A stretch of 64,000 bases of DNA from positions 22,846-86,845 of the forward strand of contig JALOLK010000001.1 of NCBI GenBank assembly GCA_025456015.1. Reading direction: 5' to 3'. The notes under the pieces are model-generated. The model saw only the letters and a program-made list of their open reading frames with translations. It was not told the DNA's origin and ran no database searches. Of this stretch, positions 9,436 through 21,679 are shown one piece after another. Position 1 is the stretch's first letter, and every line of letters begins with the position of its first letter. Source of the stretch: Candidatus Nanopelagicales bacterium. GTDB taxonomy: Bacteria; Actinomycetota; Actinomycetes; S36-B12; CAIYMF01. The position numbers and the translations under genes are program-made.

Positions 9436-11304
9436 ATGCCGCGGTGGCCTGGCAGCGACTCGACCGCGTCGACCAGCTCGATCCGAGCCGAGATCGAGTC
9501 CTCGCCGGAGTTCGAGCGGACCGTCGCCGCGCAGGCGGCCGCGCTGGGCCGCAGCGCCGACGACGTCCGCCAGGAGGCCCGGGCCTGCCTCAAGGAGATG
9601 GTGGCGGCCGAGAGCCCCAGCGCCACGAAGGCCTGGACCAAGCTGGGCGCCTGGCTGGCGCGGGCCTACGAGTTCGACGTCGACCAGGCCGACCTGGCTC
9701 GGCTCAAGACCCTCGACACCGCCGAGACGCTGGTCTTCCTGCCCAACCACCGCTCCTACCTGGACCCGTTCGTGCTGCGCCTGGTCCTCGAGCAGGCGGG
9801 TTTCCCGCCCAACTTCGTCCTCGGCGGGTCGAACCTGTCGTTCTTCCCCCTGGGTCCGATCGGCCAGCACACGGGCCTGGTCTTCATCCGCCGCCAGTTC
9901 AAGGACGCCCCGGTCTACAAGGCCATGCTGGGGGTCTACCTGGCGCACCTGGTCCAGCGCGGCGCCAACCTCGAGTGGTACATCGAGGGTGGCCGCACCC
10001 GCACCGGCAAGCTGCGGCCCCCGCGCATGGGGATCCTGAGCTACCTCGTGGACGCCTTCAAGGGCTCGGGGGTGCACGACGTGTCCTTCGTGCCGGTGTC
10101 GATCATCTACGACCAGCAGCACGAGGTCGGCGCGATCGTCGAGGAGGAGTCCGGCGGCACGAAGGCGCCCGAGAGCGTCAAGTGGGCGCTGCGCTACGCC
10201 CGGGCGCAGGGGTCCCGGCGGGGCAAGGTGCACCTGCGGTTCGCCGAGCCCGTGTCCCTGCGGGCGATGCTCGACGAGGTCGGCTCGGTGGAGGGCCGGT
10301 ACCGCGCGGCGGTCCCGAAGGTCGCCTTCGAGGTGTGCCACCGGATCAACCGCGTCACCCCGGTGACCGCGGCCGCAGTGGCCACCCTCGTCCTGCTCGA
10401 GCACTCGGACCGCGCGCTGACCGAGGCGCAGATGCGGGCCGGCGCGCTGCCCATCGCCGAGTACCTCGCGCAGCGGGGGGCACCCATCGCCGGCGGCATG
10501 CACCTCGACCGCTCCCACGTGCTCACCGAACGGCTGCCCACCGAGGGGCGCCTGGCCCTGGAGACCCTCGTCCGCGAGGGCGTGGTCGCGCGCTTCGACG
10601 GCGGTGACGAGACGGTCTACTCGATCCCGTCGGGGCGCTACCTGGAGGCGGCCTTCTACCGCAACACCCTGAGCCACTTCTTCGTCACGCGCTCCATCGT
10701 CGAGCTGGCGGTGCTGGCGGCCGCCGAGCAGGGGGCCACCGACCTCATCGCCGCGTCGTGGCTCGAGGCGCTGGCGCTGCGCGACCTGCTCAAGTACGAG
10801 TTCTTCTTCTCGACCAAGGAGCAGTTCGACCACGAGGTGCGCGCCGAGATGGAGCTGAGCATCCCGGGCTGGGAGCAGGCCGACGTCCCGGCGGCGCGGG
10901 CCCCGGAGCGCATCCGGGCGCTGCCATTCCGCGCGGCCCCCCGGATCCTCACACCGTTCCTCGAGGCGTACGGCGTGCTCGCCGACCGGCTGGCGCTGCG
11001 CGACCCGGGCGAGAAGGTCGACCAGGACGCGCTGGTCGCCGAGTGCATCGGGGTGGCGCGGCAGCGGGTGCTGCAGCGCAGCCTGCACAGCCCCGAGTCG
11101 GTGTCCAAGGACCTGTTCAAGAACGCGCTGCTGCTGGCGGGCAACCGCGACCTGCTCGGACCCGGCGACGCCGGGCTGGTCGAGCGCCGCGCCGCCTTCG
11201 CCGCGGAGCTGGCCGAGGTCGTCCGGCGCATCGACGTGCTCCGGGAGATGAGCGCACCCGCCCCGGGCACCGTGGCGCCATCCAGCGAGGAGGTGCCGGC
11301 ATGA
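9436..11304 (+). CDS. glycerol-3-phosphate acyltransferase, PlsB family
   Basis: 622 aa with acyltransferase motifs NHRSYLD (HX4D), GLVFIRR and EGGRTRTGKL. The start is uncertain: ATG 9436 was chosen, and GTG 9418 is in frame. Confidence 0.8.
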   Translation: MPRWPGSDSTASTSSIRAEIESSPEFERTVAAQAAALGRSADDVRQEARACLKEMVAAESPSATKAWTKLGAWLARAYEFDVDQADLARLKTLDTAETLVFLPNHRSYLDPFVLRLVLEQAGFPPNFVLGGSNLSFFPLGPIGQHTGLVFIRRQFKDAPVYKAMLGVYLAHLVQRGANLEWYIEGGRTRTGKLRPPRMGILSYLVDAFKGSGVHDVSFVPVSIIYDQQHEVGAIVEEESGGTKAPESVKWALRYARAQGSRRGKVHLRFAEPVSLRAMLDEVGSVEGRYRAAVPKVAFEVCHRINRVTPVTAAAVATLVLLEHSDRALTEAQMRAGALPIAEYLAQRGAPIAGGMHLDRSHVLTERLPTEGRLALETLVREGVVARFDGGDETVYSIPSGRYLEAAFYRNTLSHFFVTRSIVELAVLAAAEQGATDLIAASWLEALALRDLLKYEFFFSTKEQFDHEVRAEMELSIPGWEQADVPAARAPERIRALPFRAAPRILTPFLEAYGVLADRLALRDPGEKVDQDALVAECIGVARQRVLQRSLHSPESVSKDLFKNALLLAGNRDLLGPGDAGLVERRAAFAAELAEVVRRIDVLREMSAPAPGTVAPSSEEVPA

Positions 11305-12035
11305 CCGGGATCGACGATGTCGGCCGGCTGGCCCGGGGGCTCGCCGGGGCCGCGGGCCTGGGCGTCGGGGCAGCCACGGGCGTGGGCTTCTCGCTGCTGA
11401 ACCGTGACCGGCGCACCGGCATCAACATGGCCGCCAACGTCGGCAGCGAGCTGTCGCTGGCAGCCGCCGGGGTGCACCTGGAGGTCCAGGGCGAGGAGCA
11501 CGCCTGGTCGCACCGGCCGGCCATCTTCATGTTCAACCACCAGAGCCAGCTCGACGTGCCGATCGTGGCGTCCGTGCTCAAGCGCGACTTCACCGGCGTG
11601 GCGAAGAAGTCGCTGCAGGCCAACCCGATCTTCGGGCCGATCGGCTGGTTCGCCGGGGTGGCGTTCATCGACCGGACGGACCCGGCGGCGGCGCGGGCGG
11701 CCCTCGAGCCCGTCGTGCAGAGCCTGCGCGACGGCGTGTCGCTGGCGGTGGCCCCGGAGGGCACCAGGGCCCTCGAGCTGGGGCCGTTCAAGAAGGGCCC
11801 GTTCCACATGGCCATCCAGGGCCAGGTGCCGGTCGTGCCCATCGTCATCCGCAACGCCGGGCAGGTCATGGCCCCGCACACGTACCTCATCACCCCGGGC
11901 ACCGTGCAGGTCTGCGTCCTGCCCCCGGTCGACACCAGCGACTGGACCACCGAGACCATCGACGAGCACCGCGACGCGGTGCGCCAGATGTTCCTGGACA
12001 CCCTGGCCGACTGGCCCACGCCACCGCACGGCTGA
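11301..12035 (+). CDS. 1-acyl-sn-glycerol-3-phosphate (lysophospholipid) acyltransferase, PlsC family
   Basis: 244 aa with NHQSQLD (HX4D) and PEGTR motifs. The ATG overlaps the upstream stop (ATGA), indicating translational coupling with the PlsB-like gene. Confidence 0.85.
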   Translation: MTGIDDVGRLARGLAGAAGLGVGAATGVGFSLLNRDRRTGINMAANVGSELSLAAAGVHLEVQGEEHAWSHRPAIFMFNHQSQLDVPIVASVLKRDFTGVAKKSLQANPIFGPIGWFAGVAFIDRTDPAAARAALEPVVQSLRDGVSLAVAPEGTRALELGPFKKGPFHMAIQGQVPVVPIVIRNAGQVMAPHTYLITPGTVQVCVLPPVDTSDWTTETIDEHRDAVRQMFLDTLADWPTPPHG

Positions 12036-12096
12036 GGCGCCGCCGCCCGGCGCGCCGCTGGGGCATCGGGGCCGTGGGCGCCCTCCGGGGCCCACC

Positions 12097-12102
12097 TACG
12101 AT
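12097..12102 (+). promoter_or_regulatory. candidate -10 hexamer TACGAT for a leaderless hisF transcript
   Basis: TACGAT + 7 nt (GGGCGCC) + ATG 12110. Confidence 0.4.
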
Positions 12103-12109
12103 GGGCGCC

Positions 12110-12898
12110 ATGCCCGTGGCCGTGCGCGTGATCCCCTGCCTGGATGTGGACGCGGGCCGGGTCGTCAAGGGCGTGAACTTCGTGGACCTCGTGGACGCCG
12201 GCGACCCGGTGGAGCTCGCCGCGGCCTACGGCGCCGCCGGCGCCGACGAGCTCACGTTCCTGGACATCACCGCCTCGTCGGGCAACCGCGAGACGACCTA
12301 CGACGTGGTCCGGCGCACCGCCGAGCAGGTCTTCATCCCGCTGACCGTCGGCGGCGGCGTGCGCACCGTGGCCGACTTCGACGCCCTGCTGCGCGCGGGG
12401 GCCGACAAGTGCGGGGTCAACACCGCGGCCATCGCCCGGCCGGCCCTGCTGGCCGAGGCCGCCGACCGGTTCGGTGCCCAGTGCGTCGTGCTCTCCGTCG
12501 ATGCCCGGCGCTGCGGGCCGGGCACCGCGGCACCGGACGTGCGCACGGACTCCGGCTTCGAGGTGACCACCCACGGCGGTCGGCGATCGACCGGCCTGGA
12601 CGCCATCGGCTGGGCGACGCAGGCCGCCGAGCTGGGCGCCGGGGAGATCCTGCTGAACTCGATGGACGCCGATGGCACCAGGGCCGGGTACGACCTGGAG
12701 CTGATCCGCCTCGTGCGCGCGGCCGTGCGGGTGCCGGTCATCGCCAGTGGGGGAGCCGGTCGCCTGGCCGACTTCGCCCCGGCCGTGGCCGCCGGTGCCG
12801 ACGCGGTGCTGGCCGCCAGCGTCTTCCACTTCGGGCAGCTGCGGATCGCCGAGGTCAAGGACGCCCTGGCCGACGCGGGCTGCGTCGTCCGCCGCTGA
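12110..12898 (+). CDS. hisF: imidazole glycerol phosphate synthase, cyclase subunit
   Basis: 262 aa: [37 protein letters not shown] 12110 is preferred over 12074/12101 on N-terminal fit and the upstream -10. Confidence 0.94.
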   Translation: MPVAVRVIPCLDVDAGRVVKGVNFVDLVDAGDPVELAAAYGAAGADELTFLDITASSGNRETTYDVVRRTAEQVFIPLTVGGGVRTVADFDALLRAGADKCGVNTAAIARPALLAEAADRFGAQCVVLSVDARRCGPGTAAPDVRTDSGFEVTTHGGRRSTGLDAIGWATQAAELGAGEILLNSMDADGTRAGYDLELIRLVRAAVRVPVIASGGAGRLADFAPAVAAGADAVLAASVFHFGQLRIAEVKDALADAGCVVRR

Positions 12899-12927
12899 CG
12901 TCGCCCGAGCCGGGCCCCGGCGTAGGC

Positions 12928-12933
12928 CAGAAT
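12928..12933 (+). promoter_or_regulatory. possible -10-like hexamer CAGAAT before the hisI GTG
   Basis: CAGAAT + 6 nt + GTG 12940. It has A2 and T6 of TANNNT but lacks T1. Confidence 0.25.
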
Positions 12934-12939
12934 GGCGCC

Positions 12940-13323
12940 GTGGAGTTCACCGACCCGTCCCTGGATCCGGACCTGGCCGCGCGGCTGCGCGCCGCCGGGC
13001 GCGCCCCGGACGGCCGCCCGCTGGTCACCGCCGTGGCGCAGGACGCCGAGTCCGGCCGGGTGCTCATGGTGGCGTGGATGGATGCCGCCGCCCTCGGGGC
13101 CACCCTGCGCACCGGCCTGGCCACCTACTACTCGCGCTCTCGGCAGGAGCAGTGGGTGAAGGGGGCGAGCTCGGGCCACGTCCAGCACGTGGTGGACCTC
13201 GCCGTGGACTGCGACGGCGACGCCGTGCTGCTGCGGGTGCGCCCGCAGGGTCCTGCCTGCCACACCGGCCTGGCCTCCTGCTTCGACACGCACGTGCGCC
13301 GCGTCGAGGGGGCCGTGGCATGA
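12940..13323 (+). CDS. hisI: phosphoribosyl-AMP cyclohydrolase
   Basis: 127 aa from GTG 12940: ...[22 protein letters not shown]...ATYYSRSR...[18 protein letters not shown]...GPACHTG..SCF. The stop overlaps the trpE start (ATGA). Confidence 0.9.
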   Translation: MEFTDPSLDPDLAARLRAAGRAPDGRPLVTAVAQDAESGRVLMVAWMDAAALGATLRTGLATYYSRSRQEQWVKGASSGHVQHVVDLAVDCDGDAVLLRVRPQGPACHTGLASCFDTHVRRVEGAVA

Positions 13324-14936
13324 CGGTGTCGTCCCCCGCGCGGGCCACGCCCGACCTGGCGACCTTCACCGCGCTGGCGCGCGCGCCGCGCCGCGTCATC
13401 CCGGTGGTCCGGCGCCTGCTCGCCGACGGCGAGACCCCGGTGGGGCTGTACCGCAAGCTGGCCGGTGAGCGGCCCGGCACGTTCCTGCTCGAGTCGGCCG
13501 AGCACGGCCGGGTGTGGTCGCGCTACTCGTTCATCGGGGTGCAGGCCGCCGCGATGCTCGCCGAGGTGGGCGGCCGGGCCACGTGGCGGGGCCGCGCCCC
13601 GGTCGGCGTGCCGTCCGGGGGCGATCCCCTGCTCGCCATGCGCGACACGCTGGCCCTGCTGCACACCGACCCGATCGACACCCCCGGCCTGCCGCCGCTC
13701 ACCGGCGGCCTGGTCGGCATGATCGGCTACGACGCGGTCCGCCGGTGGGAGCGGCTGCCGGATGCCAACCCCGACGAGCTGCACCTGCCCGAGCTCGCGA
13801 TGCTGCTGGCCACCGACCTCGCCGTGCTCGACCACTGGGACGGCAGCGTCCTGCTCATCGCCAACGCCGTGAACTACGACGCCACGGACGCCCGCGTGGC
13901 CGAGGCCTGGGCGGACGCGGTCGCGCGCCTCGACGCCATGGAGGCGGCCCTGGCCGCCGCCAGCCCCGGCACTGCGGCGGCCCTCGAGGAGCCCAGCGAC
14001 CCCGCACCGGTCCGCCCGCGCACCGTCGCCGGGGACTACCGGGGCGCGGTCGAGGTGGCCAAGGAGCACATCCGGGCCGGCGACGCCTTCCAGATCGTGC
14101 TCTCGCAGCGCTTCGACCGGCCGACCACGGCCAGCGCCCTGGACATCTACCGCATGCTGCGGGTGAGCAACCCCAGCCCGTACATGTACCTGCTGCGCTT
14201 CCCCGAGCCGGGGGAGGGCCCCGACCTCGGCGGGGCCGTCGCGTTCGACGTCGTGGGCTCCAGCCCCGAGGCCCTGGTGAAGCTCACCGACGGCCACGCG
14301 ATGCTGCACCCCATCGCCGGGACCCGCCCGCGCGGGCGCACCCCGGAGCAGGACGCCGCCCTCGCCGAGGAGCTGCTCGCCGACGACAAGGAGCGCGCCG
14401 AGCACCTCATGCTCGTCGACCTGGGCCGCAACGACCTGGGCCGGGTGTGCCGGCCCGGCAGCGTCGAGGTCGTGGACTTCATGTCGATCGAGAAGTACTC
14501 CCACGTCATGCACATCGTCTCGACCGTGACCGGCCAGCTCGCCGAGGGCACCTCGGCCTACGACCTGCTGGCCGCGACGTTCCCGGCCGGGACGCTCTCG
14601 GGGGCGCCGAAGCCGCGGGCCATGGAGATCATCGACGACCTCGAGCCGACCCGCCGTGGCCTGTACGGCGGCGCCGTCGGCTACCTGGACTTCGCCGGCA
14701 ACCTCGACGCCGCGATCGCGATCCGCACCGCCGTGCTCAAGGACGGCGTCGCCCACGTGCAGGCCGGTGCGGGCCTGGTGGCCGACTCGGTGCCGCAGAC
14801 CGAGCACGAGGAGTGCCGCAACAAGGCCGCGGCCGTGCTGCGCGCCATCGCGATGGCCGAGGGGTTGCGCCCAGCGGGCGGCGGAGGTGCCACAATGGCG
14901 ACGCCGGCGGGGTCCCCCGGCGTCGAGCAGGCGTGA
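13320..14936 (+). CDS. trpE: anthranilate synthase component I
   Basis: 538 aa: [16 protein letters not shown] near the N-terminus, and the chorismate-binding core ...[15 protein letters not shown]...RG.YGGAVGY....G..D.AIAIRT. Confidence 0.95.
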   Translation: MTVSSPARATPDLATFTALARAPRRVIPVVRRLLADGETPVGLYRKLAGERPGTFLLESAEHGRVWSRYSFIGVQAAAMLAEVGGRATWRGRAPVGVPSGGDPLLAMRDTLALLHTDPIDTPGLPPLTGGLVGMIGYDAVRRWERLPDANPDELHLPELAMLLATDLAVLDHWDGSVLLIANAVNYDATDARVAEAWADAVARLDAMEAALAAASPGTAAALEEPSDPAPVRPRTVAGDYRGAVEVAKEHIRAGDAFQIVLSQRFDRPTTASALDIYRMLRVSNPSPYMYLLRFPEPGEGPDLGGAVAFDVVGSSPEALVKLTDGHAMLHPIAGTRPRGRTPEQDAALAEELLADDKERAEHLMLVDLGRNDLGRVCRPGSVEVVDFMSIEKYSHVMHIVSTVTGQLAEGTSAYDLLAATFPAGTLSGAPKPRAMEIIDDLEPTRRGLYGGAVGYLDFAGNLDAAIAIRTAVLKDGVAHVQAGAGLVADSVPQTEHEECRNKAAAVLRAIAMAEGLRPAGGGGATMATPAGSPGVEQA

Positions 14937-14949
14937 GGACAGGAGCGAC

Positions 14950-15162
14950 ATGGCCGAGCACGGGCACGACAACCACGGGCAGACGCCGGCGAACTGGACC
15001 GGCGCCGGCATCATCATGCTCGCGTTCCTCGTGGGCACCGTCGGGGTCGTCATCGCGCAGCCGATCGTCTTCTGGATCGGCGTGGCCCTGGTCGTCGTAG
15101 GCATGATCGTGTGGAAGGTCATGCTGGGGATGGAGTCCTCGGCCTCCGAGGACGCGCACTGA
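14950..15162 (+). CDS. small membrane protein, HGxxPAAW-type family
   Basis: 70 aa with HGQTPANW followed by two hydrophobic helices. AGGAG SD 5 nt before ATG 14950. It sits in the position seen for this family in actinobacterial trp clusters (recalled). Confidence 0.7.
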   Translation: MAEHGHDNHGQTPANWTGAGIIMLAFLVGTVGVVIAQPIVFWIGVALVVVGMIVWKVMLGMESSASEDAH

Positions 15163-15243
15163 CGCCGCGGCCGGCACGGTCGCACCGCACCGATCCTGAC
15201 CTGACCCGAACGCGCCCCGAGCCCATCGCTGGCATGCCCGCGA

Positions 15244-15249
15244 CAGGCT
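15244..15249 (+). promoter_or_regulatory. possible -10-like hexamer CAGGCT before the response-regulator GTG
   Basis: CAGGCT + 7 nt (GGGCCCC) + GTG 15257. It resembles the CAGACTGGGCCCGTG string at the priA start. Confidence 0.25.
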
Positions 15250-15256
15250 GGGCCCC

Positions 15257-15945
<689 letters not shown>

Positions 15946-15949
<4 letters not shown>

Positions 15950-17358
15950 GCCGCGGCAGCCTGGCCCGACGGCTGCCCCTGGCCATGGCCGCCGTCGCCG
16001 CGGTCGCGGTGCTCATCGCCGCCCTGGTCGCCTGGCCCCTGCTGACCCGGGCCGCGGAGTCCAACGCCCGGGCCACGCTGTCGCGGACCGCGGACCTGAC
16101 CGCCGAGCTGCTGCAGCGCACCGCCGAGCTGCCGTTCGGCGGCGGGCGCCGGGTCGCCGAGCAGCGGCTCGAGGCGCTGCTGGAACTACAGCAGGTCCGC
16201 TACGGCATCGTGACGCCGGCGACCGAGGTGCCCGCTCCGCTCACCCCCGCCGACGCCGCGACCGTGACCTCCGGCGCGTCGCTGTCCGACCGGCGCTCGG
16301 ACGCCGCCGGGACGTGGTTCGTCGAAGGCCGGCCGCTCGGCGACGGGGTCGGCGTGCTGCTGCTCCAGCCGTCCTCAGCCGCGCAGGAGCTCAGTGGGCC
16401 CGCGCTGGCGCGGCTGCTGCTCGCGCTGGCCCTGGGCCTGACCGTGGCCGTCGTCGTCGGCGTGCTGCTGGCCCGCCGGATCACCAGGCCGCTCGGGCAG
16501 GCGGCGGGCGCGGCCACCGCGATGGCCGCGGGCAACCGTGACGTCCGGGTCGACACGGACGGCCCCCAGGAGGTGGCCGACCTGGCCGTGGCCCTCAACG
16601 GCCTGGCGGCCAACCTCGCCGAGAGCGAGGGCCGCCAGCGCGAGTTCCTGCTCACCGTCTCCCACGAGCTGCGCACCCCGCTGACCTCCATCAAGGGCTA
16701 CGCCGAGGCACTGGCGGACGGCGTCGTCGCCGCCCCCGACGTGCCGGTCGCGGCTGGGGTGGTGCGCTCGGAGGCCGACCACCTCGACCGGTTGGTGGCC
16801 GACCTGCTCGACCTGGCCCGGCTCGGCGCCGTCGACGTCGCCGTCACCCCGGTCGACCTCGACCTCGCCGTCCTCGGGGCGGAGGCTGCGTCGGCGTGGG
16901 CCGCCCGGGCGGGGCGGGCCGGGGTGCGGTTCGTCGACGAGGTGGACCGGACGGCCCTGGCCGTGCGCACCGACCCGGTCCGCGTGCGCCAGATCGTCGA
17001 CAACCTCATGGAGAACGCCCTGCGGGTCACCGGCGACGACGCTCCGGTGGTGCTGCGCATCGGTGCGCACGCCCCCGGCTGGTTCGAGGTCGAGGTGCGC
17101 GACGGCGGCCCCGGCCTGACCGACGACGACCGCCGGGTGGCCTTCGAGCCGGGCGAGCTGTACGCCCGCTACCGCGGCGTGCGCAAGGTGGGCTCCGGGG
17201 TCGGCCTGGCCCTCGTCGCCCGGCTGGCCGAACGCCTCGGCGGGCGCGCCGAGGCCGGGATCGCGGCCGAGGGCGGGGCGGCGTTCCGCGCCCTGCTGCC
17301 CACGGTGCTGGCGGAGCCGTCGGTCCCGGCGCCGCGGCCGGGCGGGGCGACCCGCTGA
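15946..17358 (+). CDS. sensor histidine kinase (TM-sensor-TM-HAMP-HisKA-HATPase)
   Basis: 470 aa with H-box SHELRTPLTSIKGY, N-box NLMENALR, G-box DGGPGL and GSGVGLALV. The start overlaps the regulator stop (ATGA). Confidence 0.9.
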
Positions 17359-17375
17359 CACCCGGCCCGGGCCGT

Positions 17376-17459
17376 CGGATCGCGTTCGATCTGGGAGCAC
17401 CACGGGCTCCGAGACCGGTCGCCATCCGCCGGAGGGTGCCGCGGATCGAACGCGATCCG
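17376..17459. repeat. perfect 16-bp inverted repeat pair flanking 52 nt; possible bidirectional terminator
   Basis: CGGATCGCGTTCGATC (17376-17391) and GATCGAACGCGATCCG (17444-17459). The pair lies in the convergent gap between the histidine kinase (+) and the DUF2752 gene (-). Confidence 0.45.
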
Positions 17460-17482
17460 CGGCGGCCGGAACCCGCCGGCGG

Positions 17483-17989
17483 CTAGGACAGTCCCGAGCC
17501 CAGCCAGGGCACCGCGAGCCGCAGCACCCACCAGGCCCCGGTGAGGGCCATGAGCCCCACGACCAGCCGGGTCGGGACGTCGGGGAAGCGCTGGCCGCGC
17601 CACGCCCGACGCAGCCACAGCACCCAGGCCAGCACGGCCAGGGGCAGGATCACGAGCACGAACAGGGCGTTGTGGTCCAGGGCCGGCACGACCTCCCCCC
17701 GGGCCAGTGCCCCGGCCGCGCGCGTCGAGCCGCAGAACGGGCAGTCCAGTCCGGTGAGGGTGCGGAACGGGCAGAACGACGGGCCGCTGCCGTCGACGTC
17801 GACACTGGCCACGGCGGCCACCGCCAGGGCGGTGATCCCCAGCGCCGCGAGCGGTGCGGCGAGCCGTCGCACCGGGCCGCGGCTGGGGCCGGCCCCATGG
17901 CCGTGCGACTCCGGCTGCAGCACGGGGTCCGTCGGTGCCGGCACCGCGGGCGCCGGCACCTGCGGCGCCGGGTCGCGGGGTGTCGGCAT
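17483..17989 (-). CDS. DUF2752-like membrane protein
   Basis: 168 aa with a Pro-rich N-terminus, then [20 protein letters not shown] and three hydrophobic helices. AGGAG SD upstream on the minus strand. Confidence 0.75.
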   Translation of the reverse strand: MPTPRDPAPQVPAPAVPAPTDPVLQPESHGHGAGPSRGPVRRLAAPLAALGITALAVAAVASVDVDGSGPSFCPFRTLTGLDCPFCGSTRAAGALARGEVVPALDHNALFVLVILPLAVLAWVLWLRRAWRGQRFPDVPTRLVVGLMALTGAWWVLRLAVPWLGSGLS

Positions 17990-17999
17990 CGGGGCTCCT

Positions 18000-18079
18000 G
18001 GCGCGCGTGGGCGGTCGGGGCATCAGCGTAGCCGGCGATCGGTGGGCGGGCAGGGGCCCGGGCGCGCGTGGGCGATCGG
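18000..18079. repeat. 19-nt direct repeat (1 mismatch) in the DUF2752/trpC divergent region
   Basis: GGCGCGCGTGGGCGGTCGG at 18000-18018 and GGCGCGCGTGGGCGATCGG at 18061-18079. Confidence 0.5.
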
Positions 18080-18153
18080 CGGGATTCGGGCGCTCGGCGG
18101 GGCTGGCGTACCCTCGTGCCTGCACCGACCCGACCCGCGAGGGGAGCCCGCGC

Positions 18154-18959
18154 ATGACCGTCCTCGACGACATCCTCGCGGGCGTCCGCGCCGATGTCGC
18201 CGAGCGCATGGCGGCGGTCCCCCTGGACTCGCTCAAGGAGCGGGCGGCCCGCGCCCCCGAGGCCCGCGACGGGATCGCCGCGCTGCGCCAGGACGAGGTC
18301 ACCGTGATCGCGGAGGTGAAGCGCTCCTCGCCGAGCCGTGGCGCGCTGGCCCCGATCGACGACCCGGCCGGGCTGGCCCGCGCCTACGAGGACGGCGGCG
18401 CCCACGCCATCTCGGTGCTCACCGAGGGGCGGCGCTTCGGCGGCTCGCTGGACGACCTCGTGGCGGTCCGCCACGCCGTCGACGTCCCGGTGCTGCGCAA
18501 GGACTTCATCGTCTCGAGCTACCAGCTGTGGGAGGCCCGGGCCGCCGGCGCCGACATCGTGCTGCTCATCGTGGCCGCACTCGAGCAGCAGGCCCTGGTG
18601 AGCCTGCACGAGCGCGCCCTGTCCATCGGCCTGACCCCGCTGGTGGAGGTGCACGACCTCGACGAGGTCCCCCGGGCCCTCGACGCCGGCGCCGGGCTCA
18701 TCGGGGTCAACGTGCGCGACCTGCGCACCCTGACCGTCGACCGCGACCACTTCGCCCGGGTTGCCCCGGCCATCCCGGACTCCTGCGTGCGGGTGGCCGA
18801 GAGCGGCGTGCGCGGGCCGCACGACCTCATCGCCTATGCGAACGCCGGCGCGGACGCCGTGCTCGTCGGCGAGAGCCTGGTCACCGGGGGAGATCCACGC
18901 CAGGCGGTGCACGACCTCGTCACCGCCGGCGCCCACCCAGCCCTCAAGCATGGACGGCC

Positions 18960-18963
<4 letters not shown>
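18154..18963 (+). CDS. trpC: indole-3-glycerol phosphate synthase
   Basis: 269 aa: [18 protein letters not shown]...F.GS..DL, LRKDFI...YQ..EAR..GAD..LLI. GAGGGGAG SD. Confidence 0.95.
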
Positions 18964-20203
<1,240 letters not shown>

Positions 20204-20207
<4 letters not shown>

Positions 20208-21019
20208 GCACGCTGCACGAGGCCTTCGCCCGCGCACGTCGGGAGGGCCGCGCGGCCCTCATCGGCTACCTGCCCAGCGGGTTCCCGAGCCAGGCCGAGG
20301 GCATCGCCCTGGCCACGGCCATGGTCGAGGCGGGGGTCGACATCGTCGAGGTGGGCCTGCCCTACTCCGATCCGCTCATGGATGGCCCCGTCATCCAGGC
20401 CGCCGTGCACCAGGCCCTGACCGGCGGGTCGTCGCTGGCCAACGTCCTGGCCACGGTCGAGGCGGTCGCGGCCACCGGGGCCCCCACGCTGGTCATGTCG
20501 TACTGGAACCCGATCGAGCGGGTCGGCGTCGGGTCCTTCGCCGCCCGGCTGGCCCGCGCCGGTGGGGTGGGCGTGATCACCCCCGACCTGCCACCCGACG
20601 AGGCCGACGCGTGGCTCGAGGCCACCACGTCCGCCGGGCTCGACCGTGTCTTCCTGGTCGCTCCCTCGAGCACCGACGCCCGGATCGGCGCCGTCGCCGG
20701 GGCCACCACCGGCTTCGTGTACGCCGCCTCGACGATGGGCGTCACGGGTGCCCGCGCGGCGGTCGGGGCGGGTGCCCGCGAGCTCGTCGCTCGCGTGCGC
20801 GCGGTGACCGACCTGCCGGTCGCGGTGGGCCTGGGCGTCTCGACCGGCGAGCAGGCCGCGCAGGTGGCCGGCTACGCCGACGGCGTGATCGTCGGCTCGG
20901 CGTTCATCCAGCGGATCCTCGACGCGCCGGACCACGCCGCGGCGCTGGTCGCCGTCCGCGCGCTGGCCGGCGAGCTGGCCGCGGGCGTGCGGGCCGGCTC
21001 CCCGGCCGTCACCCGCTGA
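20204..21019 (+). CDS. trpA: tryptophan synthase alpha chain
   Basis: 271 aa from GTG 20204 (overlaps the trpB stop): [22 protein letters not shown], and GFVYAAS..GVTG. Confidence 0.94.
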
Positions 21020-21046
21020 CGGAGCCCGGACCCGAGGACGCCCGGC

Positions 21047-21679
21047 TCAGACGTACTTGTAGAGCACCATCGCCGCGAGCACCGCGACGAAGATCGCGAC
21101 GCCGGCGAAGTCCGCGCCCAGCCGCAGGGGCCGCTCCAGCAGGCGCTTGGTCCCCGCCCCGAGGTGGCCCTCGAGGATGTTCACCCGGGTCATCGAGGCG
21201 AAGACCAGCGTCGTGGTGACCGTGATGAGCAGGCACCAGGGGCACAGGGCGCCGATGACGAAGTACGCCTGGACGAACAGCCAGTACGCGAACGCCAGGC
21301 CGATCGAGTAGACGACCTGCGCCGACAGCATGAACCAGCGCGGGAACCGCACGCCGCCGAGCGCCGCGACCGCGATCGTGATGACGACCGGCTCGGCGAT
21401 GAGGCCCAGGTACGCGTTCGGGAAGCCGAGCAGGTTGGCCTGCCAGGTCAGGCCGACCTTCGCGCACGAGATCGTGTCGGAGATGTTGCACGACAGCGCG
21501 GCGTCCGGGTCGGCCGCCAGCGTGATGGCGTCGATCGACAGCACGAGCGAGGCGACCAGGCCCAGCAGGCTGGAGACGAGCATCTCGACGAAGGCACCGG
21601 GGTGGTAGCGGTCGGCCTTCGTGGGCAGGCGCGGCGGGGGCGCCTCGGCCTGCGCCGCCGGGCTGGTCACGTCGATCAT
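21047..21679 (-). CDS. vitamin K epoxide reductase (VKOR) family protein
   Basis: 210 aa from ATG 21679 (AGGAG SD). Multi-helix membrane protein with loop cysteines (LSCNISDTISC) and active-site CPWC. Confidence 0.85.
   Translation of the reverse strand: MIDVTSPAAQAEAPPPRLPTKADRYHPGAFVEMLVSSLLGLVASLVLSIDAITLAADPDAALSCNISDTISCAKVGLTWQANLLGFPNAYLGLIAEPVVITIAVAALGGVRFPRWFMLSAQVVYSIGLAFAYWLFVQAYFVIGALCPWCLLITVTTTLVFASMTRVNILEGHLGAGTKRLLERPLRLGADFAGVAIFVAVLAAMVLYKYV

Noticed and set aside
13200-13330. Search for a trp leader peptide or attenuator upstream of trpE, and likewise upstream of trpC at 17990-18153
   Set aside because: trpE overlaps hisI, so there is no leader. The trpC upstream region contains no short ORF with tandem Trp codons and no terminator/antiterminator pair.
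17541-18959. Upstream 473 codons of ORF 17541-20207, which would give an 888-aa TrpB
   Set aside because: This part is antisense to the DUF2752 gene and out of frame across trpC, and its sequence is low-complexity. TrpB homology begins at ATG 18960, which overlaps the trpC stop.
21022-21050. Possible bidirectional terminator between trpA and the VKOR gene (GAGCCCGG...CCCGGCTC)
   Set aside because: It has only a 7/8-bp imperfect stem, lies in a 27-nt gap and overlaps the VKOR stop codon. That is too weak to call as a feature.
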